A DNA stretch of 64,000 nt from an uncultured Clostridia bacterium (GCA_937885645.1 CALABJ010000029.1:52679-116678); one strand, 5' to 3'. Shown: positions 29,586 to 38,899, numbered from the stretch's first letter. Numbers and translations: made by a program. The notes: generated from the sequence alone by a model not told the origin.

Positions 29586-30602
29586 TTAACCCCATTGAAT
29601 GATGTTTGCTGCCCATGTGTAGCCGATGCCTGCTGCAATCATACACACAGTGCTGCCGTCCTTCACTTTGCCTTCTTTGAGAGCAAGTTCAAGTGAGAGG
29701 ATTTGATCAATTTGTCCAATGTGTCCGTAGTTTTCAAGATAAAGTGTTTGATCTTCAGTGAGTCCAAGATCTTGGAGCATACCCTTGTGACCTGAACGCT
29801 TGATGTGAAGGATGTCAAGGAAGTCGATGTCTGCTCTTGTCTTGCCACTCTTGCGGAGAGCCTCGTCGATGCAGTGATACCAGTTGGGCATTGACACTGT
29901 GTTGAGGAGGCCCTTCATCTTGGGTGAGTCCATAAGACGGAGCATATTCATTTCTTTGACGTTTTCTGCGGTGACAGGATTCATGATACCGCCAACCTTA
30001 CCGCCACAAGTGTGGACAACAGAGCCGTCACTCATGATGTGTGTGCCAAGGAGAAGGTTTTTGCCGTAATTCTTTTTGAGAAGGATTGCGCCACCACCTG
30101 CGCCCAGGTTGAACATAAATGAAACGCCACTGTCGGTGTAGTCGATCATGTCGCAGTTGCGGTAGCCACCACAAACCAAGATTGTGTCGATTTCATCGTC
30201 AGCGATGAGCATATCTTTTGCGATCTTCATTGCAGACACTGCTGTGCAGCAACGGTTTTGCACGTCGATGCCCCATGCGTTCTTTGCGCCGATTCTGTCT
30301 TGGACGTAGCATGCAGAAGTGGTAAGAGGATACTCTTTCCATTCTTCGGTGATACAAAGGATGACGTCAATGTCAAGGGGATCAAAGCCTGTGTTTTCAA
30401 GGCACTTGAGTGCTGCAAGCGCGCCCATTTCTTGTGTGCCGTCACAGGGGTCGTCTGTAGGGACGTACTTTTGGACGATGCCCAGTTTGTTGATGACTGC
30501 GTCTTCACTCCACACGCCGTTTGTTGCGTCGGAGATTTCCTTTGCGGTCATTATTTTCTTGGGAAGGTATGTGCCCATTCCCACGATTCCAACGTTTACC
30601 AT
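29586..30602 (-). CDS. KAS-III (FabH)-like thiolase-fold condensing enzyme or acyltransferase
   Basis: 338 aa. Aligns by eye to E. coli FabH: active-site Cys in VQNRCCTAVSAM, FNLGAGGGAILL (~FGDGAGA), LHIKRSGH (~PHQAN His), YGHIGQ (~HGNTS), AAGIGYTWAA (~GGGFTWGS). Confidence 0.72.
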   Translation of the reverse strand: MVNVGIVGMGTYLPKKIMTAKEISDATNGVWSEDAVINKLGIVQKYVPTDDPCDGTQEMGALAALKCLENTGFDPLDIDVILCITEEWKEYPLTTSACYVQDRIGAKNAWGIDVQNRCCTAVSAMKIAKDMLIADDEIDTILVCGGYRNCDMIDYTDSGVSFMFNLGAGGGAILLKKNYGKNLLLGTHIMSDGSVVHTCGGKVGGIMNPVTAENVKEMNMLRLMDSPKMKGLLNTVSMPNWYHCIDEALRKSGKTRADIDFLDILHIKRSGHKGMLQDLGLTEDQTLYLENYGHIGQIDQILSLELALKEGKVKDGSTVCMIAAGIGYTWAANIIQWG

Positions 30603-30628
30603 ACTGTTTTTCTCCTATAAAGTGCTTT

Positions 30629-31348
30629 TTACAGTCTCATACCGCCATTGACGGAGAGAACGTGACCTGTGACGTATGATGCGTCGTCGCTGGCAAGGAA
30701 GAGTGCTGCCTTTGCGATTTCTTCAGGTTGACCAAGTCTGCCAAGCATTGTAAGACCTGCAAATTTCTTGAGGAGGTCTTCGGGGACTGTCTTCATCATG
30801 TCTGTCATGATATAGCCGGGAGCAATTGCGTTGACTCTTACGGGCACGCCCTTTCTTGCAAATTCCTTTGCCCAAGTCTTGGTGAGGCCGATGACGCCTG
30901 CCTTGGTTGCTGCGTAGTTTGCTTGACCGATGTTGCCGTATTCGCCAACAACTGATGAGATGTTGATGATGCTGCCGCCGCCGATTTCTTCCATGAAAGG
31001 TCCAACGTAGCGGACAAGGTTGAAGATGCCTTTGAGGTTGATGTCAACAACAAGATCCCATTGGTCATCAGTCATCTTTCTAGTCATTGCGTCACGAGTG
31101 ATACCTGCATTGTTGACGAGGATGTCAATCTTGCCGTACTTCTCTTTTGCGTATTCATAGATGGCTTTGCATGCTGCGCCGTCGGTGACGTTGAGTTGAT
31201 AGTATTCCACGTTTTCACATTCGTAGGTAAGAGGCATCATATCTGCTGCGATGACTTTTGCACCTTCTCTTGCAAAGGTTTGTGCCATTTCGCCGCCGAG
31301 CCCTTTTGCTGCGCCTGTGACAATTGCTACTTTACCTTCTAATCTCAT
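30629..31348 (-). CDS. Short-chain dehydrogenase, 3-oxoacyl reductase (FabG/PhaB-like)
   Basis: 239 aa. TGAAKGLG cofactor motif, NNAGI, and catalytic S...YAATK. Confidence 0.85.
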   Translation of the reverse strand: MRLEGKVAIVTGAAKGLGGEMAQTFAREGAKVIAADMMPLTYECENVEYYQLNVTDGAACKAIYEYAKEKYGKIDILVNNAGITRDAMTRKMTDDQWDLVVDINLKGIFNLVRYVGPFMEEIGGGSIINISSVVGEYGNIGQANYAATKAGVIGLTKTWAKEFARKGVPVRVNAIAPGYIMTDMMKTVPEDLLKKFAGLTMLGRLGQPEEIAKAALFLASDDASYVTGHVLSVNGGMRL

Positions 31349-31387
31349 AATTATATCTCCTATTATTTATTCATTATTATTCCGCAA

Positions 31388-32596
31388 TTATTGCAGATTC
31401 TTGAGGACGACTGCCGTACCCATACCGCCGCCGATGCAGAGTGATGCAAGGCCATATGTCTTTCCACTATGTTTAAGTTCATGAGCAAGGGTGACGATGA
31501 TTCTGTTTCCGCTTGCGCCAACGGGGTGACCAAGTGCGATTGCTCCGCCGTTTACGTTGCAACGTGACTTGATTGTGTCTTGATCCACGCCGTGTTCTTC
31601 ACTGATGAGTTTGACAACGCCCAGTGATTGTGCTGCAAATGCTTCGTTCAGTTCAAGGACTTCCATATCGCCGAGGGTCATATTTGCATTTTTCAGAGCA
31701 TTGCGGATTGCGGGGACAGGACCAAGGCCCATGACGTCAGGTTCAACACCGCCTTGACCAATGCCGACGATTTCTGCCATAGGTGTGAGGCCGTATTTTG
31801 CCACTGCTTCTTCACTGGCGATGACGCAGAAACTTGCGCCGTCGTTGATGCCAGATGCATTGCCTGCTGTGACAGTGCCGTCTGCCTTGAATGCTGTGCG
31901 GAGTGTGCCCAGTTTTTCAAGGGTGGTTGTGCGGTTGATATATTCGTCTTGGTCAAAGAGGACTTCTTTTCTGCCCACTTTCACTGTGATAGGCACGATT
32001 TCTTCAACAAACTTGCCTGCATCTTGTGCTGCAATTGCCTTTTGTTGTGAACCGATTGCGAACTCGTCTTGTGCTTCACGGGTGATGCCGTATCTTTCTG
32101 CCACGTTTTCTGCGGTGATACCCATGTGCATATTGCCAAAGGCATCGGTGAGAGAGTCAACCAACATATGGTCAACCAACTTCATTTCGCCCATCTTGTT
32201 GCCTGAGCGGACTTTGCCACTGACAAGATAAGGTGCGCCACTCATGACTTCTGTGCCACCTGCTGCAACGAGGTTTGCCATGCCTGCCTTAATTGCGGTG
32301 ACTGCGTTCATAACTGCCTTCATACCGCTTCCGCAAACCATATTAAGTGAATATGCAGGAATTTCAACAGGAACACCTGCGCCGATTGCAACTTGTCTTG
32401 CAGGACCTTGCTTTACGCCTGCGGGAAGGACGTTGCCCACCACCACTTCGTCAAGCCATTCGGGTTTGACTCCGCCGGCCTCCAGGGCTGCCTTCAAAAC
32501 TTTTGCGCCGAGATCAGTGGGAGTAACGTCTTTAAGTGTACCGAGCATTGTGCCAATTGCACTTCTCTTTGCGCTTACAAGATAAACCTTGCTCAT
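31388..32596 (-). CDS. thlA: Acetyl-CoA C-acetyltransferase (thiolase II)
   Basis: 402 aa. [12 protein letters not shown] (active-site Cys), [17 protein letters not shown], and C-terminal CIGGGMG. Confidence 0.93.
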   Translation of the reverse strand: MSKVYLVSAKRSAIGTMLGTLKDVTPTDLGAKVLKAALEAGGVKPEWLDEVVVGNVLPAGVKQGPARQVAIGAGVPVEIPAYSLNMVCGSGMKAVMNAVTAIKAGMANLVAAGGTEVMSGAPYLVSGKVRSGNKMGEMKLVDHMLVDSLTDAFGNMHMGITAENVAERYGITREAQDEFAIGSQQKAIAAQDAGKFVEEIVPITVKVGRKEVLFDQDEYINRTTTLEKLGTLRTAFKADGTVTAGNASGINDGASFCVIASEEAVAKYGLTPMAEIVGIGQGGVEPDVMGLGPVPAIRNALKNANMTLGDMEVLELNEAFAAQSLGVVKLISEEHGVDQDTIKSRCNVNGGAIALGHPVGASGNRIIVTLAHELKHSGKTYGLASLCIGGGMGTAVVLKNLQ

Positions 32597-32615
32597 AACT
32601 GCCTCCTATTTGTTT

Positions 32616-33581
32616 TTACAGAATTTTGTCAAGTTGTTTCAAAACTGCGTTTGCGTCTGCAACGATACCCAGGTTTGCCACCTTGAAGATGGGTGCATTG
32701 ACGTCGGTGTTGACTGCCACGATATATTCAGACTCTTCCATACCTGCAAGGTGTTGGATTGCACCGCTGATACCAAATGCAAGATATGCTTGAGGACGGA
32801 CGGTCTTGCCGGTTTGACCAACTTGGCGTGCGTGTTCGATGATGCCGTTGTCAACAAGGCTACGTGATGCTGACACTGTGCCCTTGACCTTCTTTGCCAC
32901 GTCAAATGCAGGAGCAACGTCCTTGACGCCACGACCACATGAAACGAGGATCTTTGCATCTTCGATCTTTTCAACGTTTTTGGTTTCTTTTACTTCTTCA
33001 ACAACTTTGACCACTGCCTTTGAGTCGTCCCAGTTGATTGTTTCTTGGATGATGTCCCCCTTTCTTGCGCCGTCAAACTCGGGTTTCTTCATAACGCCGG
33101 GACGGACTGTTGACATTTGAGGACGATGTTCAGGACAAATGATGGTTGCAAAGAGGTTGCCACCAAATGCAGGACGTGTCATAAAGAGGTTGCCTGCTTC
33201 ATCCATTTCAAGTTTTGTGCAGTCTGCGGTAAGACCAGTGTGCAGTCTTGCTGAAAGTCTAGGAGCAAGGTCTCTGCCGATGCTGGTTGCACCAAAGAGC
33301 ACCACGTTAGGATCATTTGCCTTGACCACTTGTGTCACTGCTTGTGCGTAATATTCAGTGACGAAATGCTTGAGGTTTGCATGGTCCACTACACGGACTT
33401 CGTCTGCGCCGTATGCAACAAGGTCCTTTGCCTTTGCTGAGACGCCGTCACCGAGGAGGAGTGCCACCACTTTTTCATTTACTTTGTCGGCGAGTTCACG
33501 TGCAACACCGAGGAGTTCGATTGCCACGGATTGGAGTTCGCCGTCACGTTGTTCACAAAATACCCATACGTTCTTTGCCAT
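32616..33581 (-). CDS. etfA: Electron transfer flavoprotein subunit alpha
   Basis: 321 aa. FAD-binding C-terminal block VGQTGKTVRPQAYLAFGISGAIQHLAGM. Confidence 0.9.
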   Translation of the reverse strand: MAKNVWVFCEQRDGELQSVAIELLGVARELADKVNEKVVALLLGDGVSAKAKDLVAYGADEVRVVDHANLKHFVTEYYAQAVTQVVKANDPNVVLFGATSIGRDLAPRLSARLHTGLTADCTKLEMDEAGNLFMTRPAFGGNLFATIICPEHRPQMSTVRPGVMKKPEFDGARKGDIIQETINWDDSKAVVKVVEEVKETKNVEKIEDAKILVSCGRGVKDVAPAFDVAKKVKGTVSASRSLVDNGIIEHARQVGQTGKTVRPQAYLAFGISGAIQHLAGMEESEYIVAVNTDVNAPIFKVANLGIVADANAVLKQLDKIL

Positions 33582-33592
33582 AATGCGCCTCC

Positions 33593-34378
33593 TTAAATCA
33601 AATGACGTGCTTTCAATGCGTCAACGATTGCACGTGCTGCCCCTTCGGGATCAAGTTCAACGGTTTCGATGGTCTTGTCAAATTGCTTGGTTGCAGTTGA
33701 CTTAACCTTTGTAGGTGAACCGCTGAGACCGATGTTTGCCTTGTCCAGATCAAGATCTGCAAAGGTGATGATGCCGATTTCCTTTTCGTCTTGAGCAACC
33801 ATATCCCAAACGTTCATATATCTGGGAGTGCCAAGGGTGGAGAGCACTGTCACGAGGCAAAGGCCTTTTGCTTCAAGGATTTGATATCTGTCTTCAAATT
33901 GTCTCTTGACAATGAGGACTTCACGTTCTGCATCGTAATCAACTGCGGCGGCGTAGGTGATTTGAGGGATGCCGAGGTGTTCTGCGATTTGAGGACCAAC
34001 TTGTGCGGTGTCGCCGTCGATTGCTTGGCGTCCGCAGAGGACAAGGTCTGCACCCAACTTTTTCACTGCTGCTGCAATGATGGTGCTGGTTGCAAGGGTG
34101 TCACTGCCTGCAAATGCTCTGTCGCTGAGAAGATATGCTTCGTCTGCGCCCATTGCAAGTGCTTCACGGAGTGCTTTTTCTGCTTGCATGGGTCCCATTG
34201 TGAGGACAACCACTTCTGCACCGTGTTTTTCCTTCAATTGAAGTGCCACTTCGATTGCGGTCTTATCATCGGGGTTGATGATGCTGGGGACGCCGTCACG
34301 GATAAGAGTATTTTTGACGGGGTCAATTTTGATTTCTGTTGTGTTGGGAACTTGTTTAATACATACGATAATTTTCAT
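33593..34378 (-). CDS. etfB: Electron transfer flavoprotein subunit beta
   Basis: The MKIIVCIKQVPN start at ATG 34378 has a GAGGTGG RBS. The track GTG at 34390 is less likely. Confidence 0.9.
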   Translation of the reverse strand: MKIIVCIKQVPNTTEIKIDPVKNTLIRDGVPSIINPDDKTAIEVALQLKEKHGAEVVVLTMGPMQAEKALREALAMGADEAYLLSDRAFAGSDTLATSTIIAAAVKKLGADLVLCGRQAIDGDTAQVGPQIAEHLGIPQITYAAAVDYDAEREVLIVKRQFEDRYQILEAKGLCLVTVLSTLGTPRYMNVWDMVAQDEKEIGIITFADLDLDKANIGLSGSPTKVKSTATKQFDKTIETVELDPEGAARAIVDALKARHLI

Positions 34379-34386
34379 ATTCCACC

Positions 34387-35523
34387 TCACTTTCTCAGGA
34401 GTGCACCGGAGATGACCATTCTTTGGACTTCGCTTGTGCCTTCGTAGATTTCTGTGATCTTTGCATCTCTCATCATTCTTTCAATGGGATACTCACGAGT
34501 GTAGCCGTATCCGCCGTGGAGTTGGACGCACTTGGTTGTCACTTCCATTGCGGTTTCTGATGCATAGAGTTTTGCTTGTGCTGCCTTCACTGAAAGTGTG
34601 GGGAGTTTGTTTTGCTTTGCGTCAACTGCTGCATAAACCAAGAGTTTTGCTGCTTCAACTCTTGTTGCAAGGTCAGCAAGGACAAATTGTGTGTTTTGGA
34701 AACCGGAGATTGATTTGCCAAATTGCTTTCTGCTCTTCACGTAGGCGATGGTTGATTGGAGAGCGCCTTCTGCAATGCCCAGTGCTTGTGCTGCGATGCC
34801 AACACGACCGCCGTCGAGGGTCTTCATTGCAATCTTGAAGCCGTCGCCACGTTTGCCAAGCATATTTTCTTTGGGGACTTTGACGTTTTCAAAAATAAGT
34901 TCACAGGTGGATGAACCGCGGATGCCCATCTTCTTTTCCTTCTTGCCGATTGAGAAACCGGGGAATGCCTTTTCAACGATGAATGCACTCATTTCGGGGC
35001 CCTTAGGTCCTTTGCCTGTCACTGCGATGATGACGTAGGTTTCTGCATAGCCTGCGTTGGTGATGAAGATTTTGCTGCCGTTCAAAAGATAGTGGTCTTC
35101 CATTTCGACTGCACGGGTTTGTTGATTGCTGGCGTCTGTGCCTGCATTGGGTTCAGTGAGGCCAAATGCGCCAATCTTCTTTCCGCTTGCAAGGTCGGGG
35201 AGATACTTTTGCTTTTGTGCTTCGGTGCCGTATTCAAGGATGGGTGCTGCGCACAGTGAGGTGTGTGCTGAAAGGATAACACCTGTTGTACCGCAGTGCT
35301 TTGAGAGTTCTTCAACGGCGGAGATATACATATTGTAGTTTCCGCCTGCGCCACCATATTCTCTGGGGATGATGATGCCGAAAAGACCCATCTTTGCCAT
35401 CTTTTCTGCCGTTTCAACGGGGAAACGCTCTTGCTCGTCAACTTCTTGTGCAAGAGGTTTCACTTCGTTTTCGGCAAAGTCTTTGATCATCTGTTCAAAA
35501 AGAACTGATTTGAAATCTGCCAT
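34387..35523 (-). CDS. bcd: Acyl-CoA dehydrogenase (butyryl-CoA dehydrogenase-like)
   Basis: 378 aa. ACAD blocks FGLTEPNAGTDA and QLHGGYGYTREYPIERMMRDAKITEIYEGTSEVQ. Adjacent to etfBA. Confidence 0.92.
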   Translation of the reverse strand: MADFKSVLFEQMIKDFAENEVKPLAQEVDEQERFPVETAEKMAKMGLFGIIIPREYGGAGGNYNMYISAVEELSKHCGTTGVILSAHTSLCAAPILEYGTEAQKQKYLPDLASGKKIGAFGLTEPNAGTDASNQQTRAVEMEDHYLLNGSKIFITNAGYAETYVIIAVTGKGPKGPEMSAFIVEKAFPGFSIGKKEKKMGIRGSSTCELIFENVKVPKENMLGKRGDGFKIAMKTLDGGRVGIAAQALGIAEGALQSTIAYVKSRKQFGKSISGFQNTQFVLADLATRVEAAKLLVYAAVDAKQNKLPTLSVKAAQAKLYASETAMEVTTKCVQLHGGYGYTREYPIERMMRDAKITEIYEGTSEVQRMVISGALLRK

Positions 35524-35535
35524 TATATCCTCCGT

Positions 35536-35943
35536 TTAGCCATTAAACTTGACGGTTGCCATACCGGTGATGACCACTGTGCCGTCTTGTTTTGTGCATG
35601 TTGTGTTCAATTTGATGATTTTTTTGTCTTCGCGAATTTCTGCAATTTCAACTTCTGCCTTCACGTCGTCCCCAAGGAATACGGGTGCTGTGAAGCGGAG
35701 CTCTTGACCAAGATAAATTGTGCCGGGTCCGGGAAGTTTGTTTGCAAGAACTGCAGAGATAAGACCTGAGGTCAAAATGCCGTGGACGATGCGCTTCCCA
35801 AAGATGGTTTCCTTTGCGTAGCCATCACTCATATGGATAGGATTCACATCAAGGCTGATGCCTGCAAATGCTGTCACGTCTGCTGCTGTAAAGGTCTTTT
35901 GCACTGATGCTTTTTGACCAACTTTCAATTCGCTAAATGTCAT
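35536..35943 (-). CDS. MaoC-like (R)-specific enoyl-CoA hydratase (PhaJ-like)
   Basis: 135 aa single hot-dog fold with hydratase-2 motif ISLDVNPIH. Confidence 0.82.
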   Translation of the reverse strand: MTFSELKVGQKASVQKTFTAADVTAFAGISLDVNPIHMSDGYAKETIFGKRIVHGILTSGLISAVLANKLPGPGTIYLGQELRFTAPVFLGDDVKAEVEIAEIREDKKIIKLNTTCTKQDGTVVITGMATVKFNG

Positions 35944-35967
35944 GTTTTTTTCCTCCGATTTCTAAAA

Positions 35968-35986
35968 ATATGAATAATGTTCATAT
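35968..35986. promoter_or_regulatory. Inverted repeat ATATGAA-taatg-TTCATAT in the 5' leader of the acyl-CoA operon
   Basis: Perfect 7-bp arms, located between the predicted promoter and the maoC RBS. Confidence 0.35.
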
Positions 35987-35999
35987 CGTTGTTGCTTAT

Positions 36000-36028
36000 A
36001 TTATATAACATAAATGTTATGAATTCAA
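36000..36028 (-). promoter_or_regulatory. Strong sigma-A promoter of the maoC-bcd-etf-thl operon, with a 16-bp palindrome in its spacer
   Basis: Minus strand reads TTGAAT-17 nt-TATAAT. The spacer contains ATAACAT-tt-ATGTTAT (36005..36020). Confidence 0.6.
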
Positions 36029-36118
36029 TACAAAAATGAAAATTTGTTGAATTTTTCTTGGAAATCCTACGGATTTCAAATTTTTTTGAAGAAAAATATG
36101 GCAACTTTCCGCTTATAT

Positions 36119-36147
36119 TTGTAAAAATCACAATTTTGTTGTATAAT
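36119..36147 (+). promoter_or_regulatory. Promoter of the TetR-family gene
   Basis: TTGTAA-17 nt-TATAAT. The -10 overlaps the ATG at 36146, which argues for the ATG at 36179 as the true start. Confidence 0.5.
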
Positions 36148-36178
36148 GGGTGTGCAAAAAATCACAAAGGAAATCGCC

Positions 36179-36790
36179 ATGACAAACGAGTTTTCAGTGA
36201 AAGGATACAACTCCCCCAAAACCAAAATTGGTCAACAAAAAATGGATGTCCTCATTTCTTCTGCGGAGGAGCTTTTTGCAAAAAACGGATTTTATGACAC
36301 ATCCGTTGCCGACATCTGCAAAAATGCTCAAACAGCAGTGGGCACTTTCTACATCTATTTCAAGACAAAAACCGATGTCTATCGCTGTCTGCTTGAAAAG
36401 TATCAAAGAGCAATCAAGGAACATCTTGACGAAAGCATCAAGGGTTGCACCACCAGATATGAAAAAGAGCGTCAAGGCATCAAGGCTTTTGTGAAATATG
36501 CCCTTCAAAATCCCACCGCATACAATGTGATTTGGGGCAGTCTTTCAATTGATGAAAAGCTCTTCCACGACTATTATGTTTCCTTTGCAGAAAGCTATGC
36601 TCGCTCCCTTTCAAAGGACTCAGCTGGTGTCAGTGGCACGGACTACACTTCTCTTGCATATTTGCTTATGGGCATCTCAAACTTCTTGGGGCTGAGAGCA
36701 ATCTTTGAAAATATGACTGACGAGCAAATTGACGAGATGATTGATTCCACCATTATGCCTGCCCTTTCAAACGGCTTTATCAAGGCATAA
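36179..36790 (+). CDS. TetR/AcrR-family transcriptional regulator
   Basis: N-terminal HTH (SSAEELFAKNGFYDTSVADICKNAQTAVGTFYIYFKTK) plus a helical ligand domain. Divergent from the acyl-CoA operon. Confidence 0.82.
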   Translation: MTNEFSVKGYNSPKTKIGQQKMDVLISSAEELFAKNGFYDTSVADICKNAQTAVGTFYIYFKTKTDVYRCLLEKYQRAIKEHLDESIKGCTTRYEKERQGIKAFVKYALQNPTAYNVIWGSLSIDEKLFHDYYVSFAESYARSLSKDSAGVSGTDYTSLAYLLMGISNFLGLRAIFENMTDEQIDEMIDSTIMPALSNGFIKA

Positions 36791-36883
36791 TCAAGGACAA
36801 AAATCGGTTGAATTTTGTTCATATTTTTTGAAAATAATTCAACTTTGAACAGTATTGCTTCAACCTTGAACTATATTTTCAAT

Positions 36884-36910
36884 AAAACGGCGGAAATTCG
36901 CCGTTTTTTC
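36884..36910 (+). terminator. Intrinsic terminator after the TetR gene
   Basis: aaaACGGCGgaaattCGCCGTttttt. Confidence 0.7.
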
Positions 36911-36952
36911 ATTGTTTTTTAAGATTTTATCCCCTAAAACCGTGGTTCTATC

Positions 36953-36981
36953 TTGACTAACTCATATAAATATGAGAAAAT
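36953..36981 (+). promoter_or_regulatory. Candidate promoter of the GPH/MFS transporter, with a 16-bp palindrome in its spacer
   Basis: TTGACT-17 nt-GAAAAT (weak -10). The spacer holds CTCATAT-aa-ATATGAG (36961..36976). Confidence 0.35.
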
Positions 36982-37050
36982 GCTCTTTGGTTGAAAAAAA
37001 ATAACCGCTTCCTTTTGCCAAAAGCTTAGCGGAAAATAAAGGAGAAAATT

Positions 37051-38721
37051 ATGGCAAAATTCCAAAGAAAACCCATTCAGTATGATGAACGTGGTTTCCG
37101 CAAATTTGGATGGATGGACAAGCTTGCATACGCAGCTGGTGACTTCGGTTGCAATATGAGTTTCGCACTGAAAAGCACCCACCAAACTTTCTGGCTTGTG
37201 TATATGCTTTTGGACAGCAACCTGTTGTCAATCCTCGTCCTCATCACCCAAATTTGGGACGCTATCAATGACCCCCTCATTGGCGCTCTCATTGACGCAG
37301 ACAGACACAAATATCGCATGGGCAAGTTCAAGAGTTATATCTTGCTTGGCGCAATAGGCCTTACATTTGCAGGTGCTCTGTCCTTCCTCCCCGTGCCCAC
37401 CGCAGACACTTGGCTGAAAGCCGTGTTGTTCATACTGGGCTACGTGTTCTGGGACGCATTCTACACCGTGGCAAACGTACCTTACGGCTCAATGCTCTCA
37501 CTGGTTTCAAACAACGAAGGCGAAAAGGCACAGCTGTCAACTTGGCGTTCAATCGGCTCAATGATTGGCAATATGTTCCCTATGATGATTCTGCCCACAA
37601 TCATGTGGAAAGACATCGCATATGATGGAACAGGTGTTGTTCAAGGCGTTGCAGACAAATTCTTCCACACCAATCCCAAAACAGGACTCCCCTATGAAAT
37701 CGGCGATCTTATGATCAACCCCGACACAATGGAGCCTTTCCAAGAATTGCAAGGCATGACCGTCTTCATCGTGGCAATCGTCATGGGTGTCCTCGGCCTT
37801 CTCGCATTCCTGTTTATGATCAAGAAGATCACCCTCCGCGTTGACGAATCCTCTGTGAAAGTGGGCGAAGGACAAGGCAAATTCAACATCCTTGTGGCAG
37901 CAAAGAACTTCTTCACCAACCGTCCCGCAATCGGTGCAACTCTTGCTGCAATGGGTATGTTCCTTGGCATGAACTCCGCATCAACCGCCACAAGCATTAT
38001 GTTTGCAACCTACTTTGGCATGCCCAAACTGTCAGGTATTGCATCAGCAATCGGCTTTGTTCCTATGCTCATCTTCATGCCCTTCATCAAGAAGATCGTC
38101 ACCAAGTACGGCAAGAAGGAAGCATCCGTTGTTGGCACCTTGGTGTCCTGCGCAGGCGCACTCCTTATGTTCGTCTTCCCCGCCATCCCCAACAGAACAG
38201 TGGGTATGGTCATGTACATCCTCGCCCTTTCAATCTTCGGCATCGGCATGGGAACTTACACCTGCGTGTCTTGGGCACTTATGGCTGACGCAATCGACTA
38301 CAATGAATGGAAAACCGGCAAGCGTGAAGAAGGCACAGTCTATTCACTGCACAGCTTCTTCCGCAAACTGGCACAAGGCGTTGGACCCACAATCGTCATC
38401 GCACTTATGGGTGTCTTGGGCTACGTGTCCGCCAACGGCGTCAACGGTCAAACTCCCGAAACCGCAAAGAATATGTGCTGGCTGGTGGCAGGCCTCTACT
38501 GTGTGTCCGCACTCTTCATGATTGTCGGCATCGGCGTCATCTACAACCTGAACAAGAAGACCACCGACAAGATGTATGCAGACCTTTCTGCAAAGCGTGA
38601 AGCAGCAGCTCAACAAGCAGCAATCGATGCAGCACCCGAAGTTGAAACAGTCTTTGAAGATGCACCTGAAGCAGTGGAATCAGCAGACGTCGTCGCAGAA
38701 GACACAACAACCGAAGAATAA
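37051..38721 (+). CDS. MFS transporter, glycoside-pentoside-hexuronide (GPH) cation symporter family
   Basis: 556 aa, ~12 TM. N-terminus WMDKLAYAAGDFGCNMSFAL and loop motif DAINDPLIGALID are typical of MelB/GPH proteins. Acidic, Ala-rich C-terminal tail. Confidence 0.78.
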   Translation: MAKFQRKPIQYDERGFRKFGWMDKLAYAAGDFGCNMSFALKSTHQTFWLVYMLLDSNLLSILVLITQIWDAINDPLIGALIDADRHKYRMGKFKSYILLGAIGLTFAGALSFLPVPTADTWLKAVLFILGYVFWDAFYTVANVPYGSMLSLVSNNEGEKAQLSTWRSIGSMIGNMFPMMILPTIMWKDIAYDGTGVVQGVADKFFHTNPKTGLPYEIGDLMINPDTMEPFQELQGMTVFIVAIVMGVLGLLAFLFMIKKITLRVDESSVKVGEGQGKFNILVAAKNFFTNRPAIGATLAAMGMFLGMNSASTATSIMFATYFGMPKLSGIASAIGFVPMLIFMPFIKKIVTKYGKKEASVVGTLVSCAGALLMFVFPAIPNRTVGMVMYILALSIFGIGMGTYTCVSWALMADAIDYNEWKTGKREEGTVYSLHSFFRKLAQGVGPTIVIALMGVLGYVSANGVNGQTPETAKNMCWLVAGLYCVSALFMIVGIGVIYNLNKKTTDKMYADLSAKREAAAQQAAIDAAPEVETVFEDAPEAVESADVVAEDTTTEE

Positions 38722-38743
38722 TCAAATCAACACTTTACAAATC

Positions 38744-38776
38744 AAAAAACGGCACGTTATGTGCCGTTTTTGTTTT
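38744..38776 (+). terminator. Intrinsic terminator after the MFS gene
   Basis: aaaaaACGGCACgttatGTGCCGTtttt. Confidence 0.75.
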
Positions 38777-38899
38777 TCTATCGGTGTTTTTTTATTTTTC
38801 TAATTCACCGTTTAAGCGCGCAAAACTCATTTGATTGAAGAGCTTTCAGCCAAACCTTTTAAGGGATAATTGATCTCTTATCCGCCCTAAACATTTCAA

